The position numbers were made by a program, and so were the translations under genes. Below the pieces are notes generated by a model that was not told the DNA's origin, searched no databases, and saw only the letters and a list, made by a program, of their open reading frames with translations. Below, one piece after another: positions 26,111 to 26,773 of a stretch of DNA of 26,773 bases. The DNA comes from Bdellovibrionota bacterium (GTDB lineage Bacteria > Bdellovibrionota > UBA1018 > UBA923). Every line of letters starts with the position of its first letter. Within the stretch, counting starts at the first letter, position 1. The stretch spans positions 1 through 26,773 of the forward strand of contig JBFMCE010000049.1 in assembly GCA_040754655.1 (NCBI GenBank). Reading direction: 5' to 3'.

Positions 26111-26773
26111 GTGAGACTCTTAGGTAAACTGATTTTATTAATGGTAGCGGCTTGCGCCAATACCGCTCTTGCGCAGGTGGCTCAAGGCCCCGCTTATTTG
26201 AATTCCTCGCTTCAAAACCTGAATTCAATCACTCAACCTGCCGTTGGTCCGGCCGGACAGAGCAACCTGGCGGCGTCTGATTTCGTGTCTGTCGACGGTC
26301 GTACAGGCGCAAGCTTTACAGGCGCCCGGGTCGCTAGTTTTCCTCTCGTCGGAGCGCAACTGAATTTGAATCGCGGCAATGTCGAGTTTTGGTATCGGCC
26401 AAACTATGACGCGGGCGCCGGCGCTGAAAAGAACATCCTCACGATTGGCGCATATAATGGCGCTCCGCGAATAGTGATACAATCCGGGGCTGTGTTTGCG
26501 CTGAAGCTCGTTCTTCCTGGCACGATTGGATGGAGAAATTTGTATGTAGAGTCAGCATGGCAGCAAAGGGTTTGGAGAGCCAACCAATGGGTGCACATTC
26601 GAGCGATTTGGGACAATACGAATGCTTCAGACAGCGTGCAGCTTTATCTGAATGGAGCGCGAATAGGCGCATCTCGAAGATGGATGAATGATTGGAGTAT
26701 CAATCACAACCAGATCCCTACGGCTAGCCGCAGAATTTTTGTCGGGGCCGCGAATGGTTCAGGGGTTGGATCA
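26111..26773 (+). CDS. Secreted LamG-like (concanavalin A-like jellyroll) protein, truncated by the window edge; absent from the ORF track
   Basis: My translation gives an open frame from GTG 26111 (G-run SD upstream) to the end, 221 codons with no stop: MRLLGKLILLMVAACANTALAQ…RGNVEFWYRP…WRANQWVHIRAIWD…VQLYLNG…RIFVG. Confidence 0.8.
   Translation, partial: MRLLGKLILLMVAACANTALAQVAQGPAYLNSSLQNLNSITQPAVGPAGQSNLAASDFVSVDGRTGASFTGARVASFPLVGAQLNLNRGNVEFWYRPNYDAGAGAEKNILTIGAYNGAPRIVIQSGAVFALKLVLPGTIGWRNLYVESAWQQRVWRANQWVHIRAIWDNTNASDSVQLYLNGARIGASRRWMNDWSINHNQIPTASRRIFVGAANGSGVGS

Noticed and set aside
25978..26672. Five short minus-strand ORFs at the right end
   Set aside because: Better explained as shadows of the + strand LamG-like gene and its upstream intergenic region.

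Overview
Bacterial chromosomal window, most likely from Bdellovibrionota or a related myxobacteria-like lineage (inferred from a Glt/Nfs-type gliding-machinery cluster and AddAB-type repair genes). It opens with two tandem paralogous Cys-rich lipoproteins of unknown family and a 21-bp hairpin. A tightly packed ~16 kb plus-strand run follows: purM, addB, addA, an outer-membrane beta-barrel, a GltC-like TPR protein, an apparent GltD-GltE fusion, GltF-like and GltG-like genes, an MgtC/SapB-family gene and acylphosphatase. Next come HU (minus strand, with terminator), an RMD1/DUF155 protein, IHF-beta overlapping uppP tail-to-tail, an orphan PAS histidine kinase, an S41 protease, a divergent MTA/SAH nucleosidase and an alpha/beta hydrolase. 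A secreted LamG-like gene missing from the ORF track runs off the right edge. No rRNA, tRNA, CRISPR array or mobile element was recognised. The best novelty candidates are the motor-less Glt/Nfs-like module (GltD-GltE fusion, MgtC gene where motor genes might be expected) and the C-x21-C-x9-C-x20-C lipoprotein pair. All family calls come from motif recognition by eye, not database searches.
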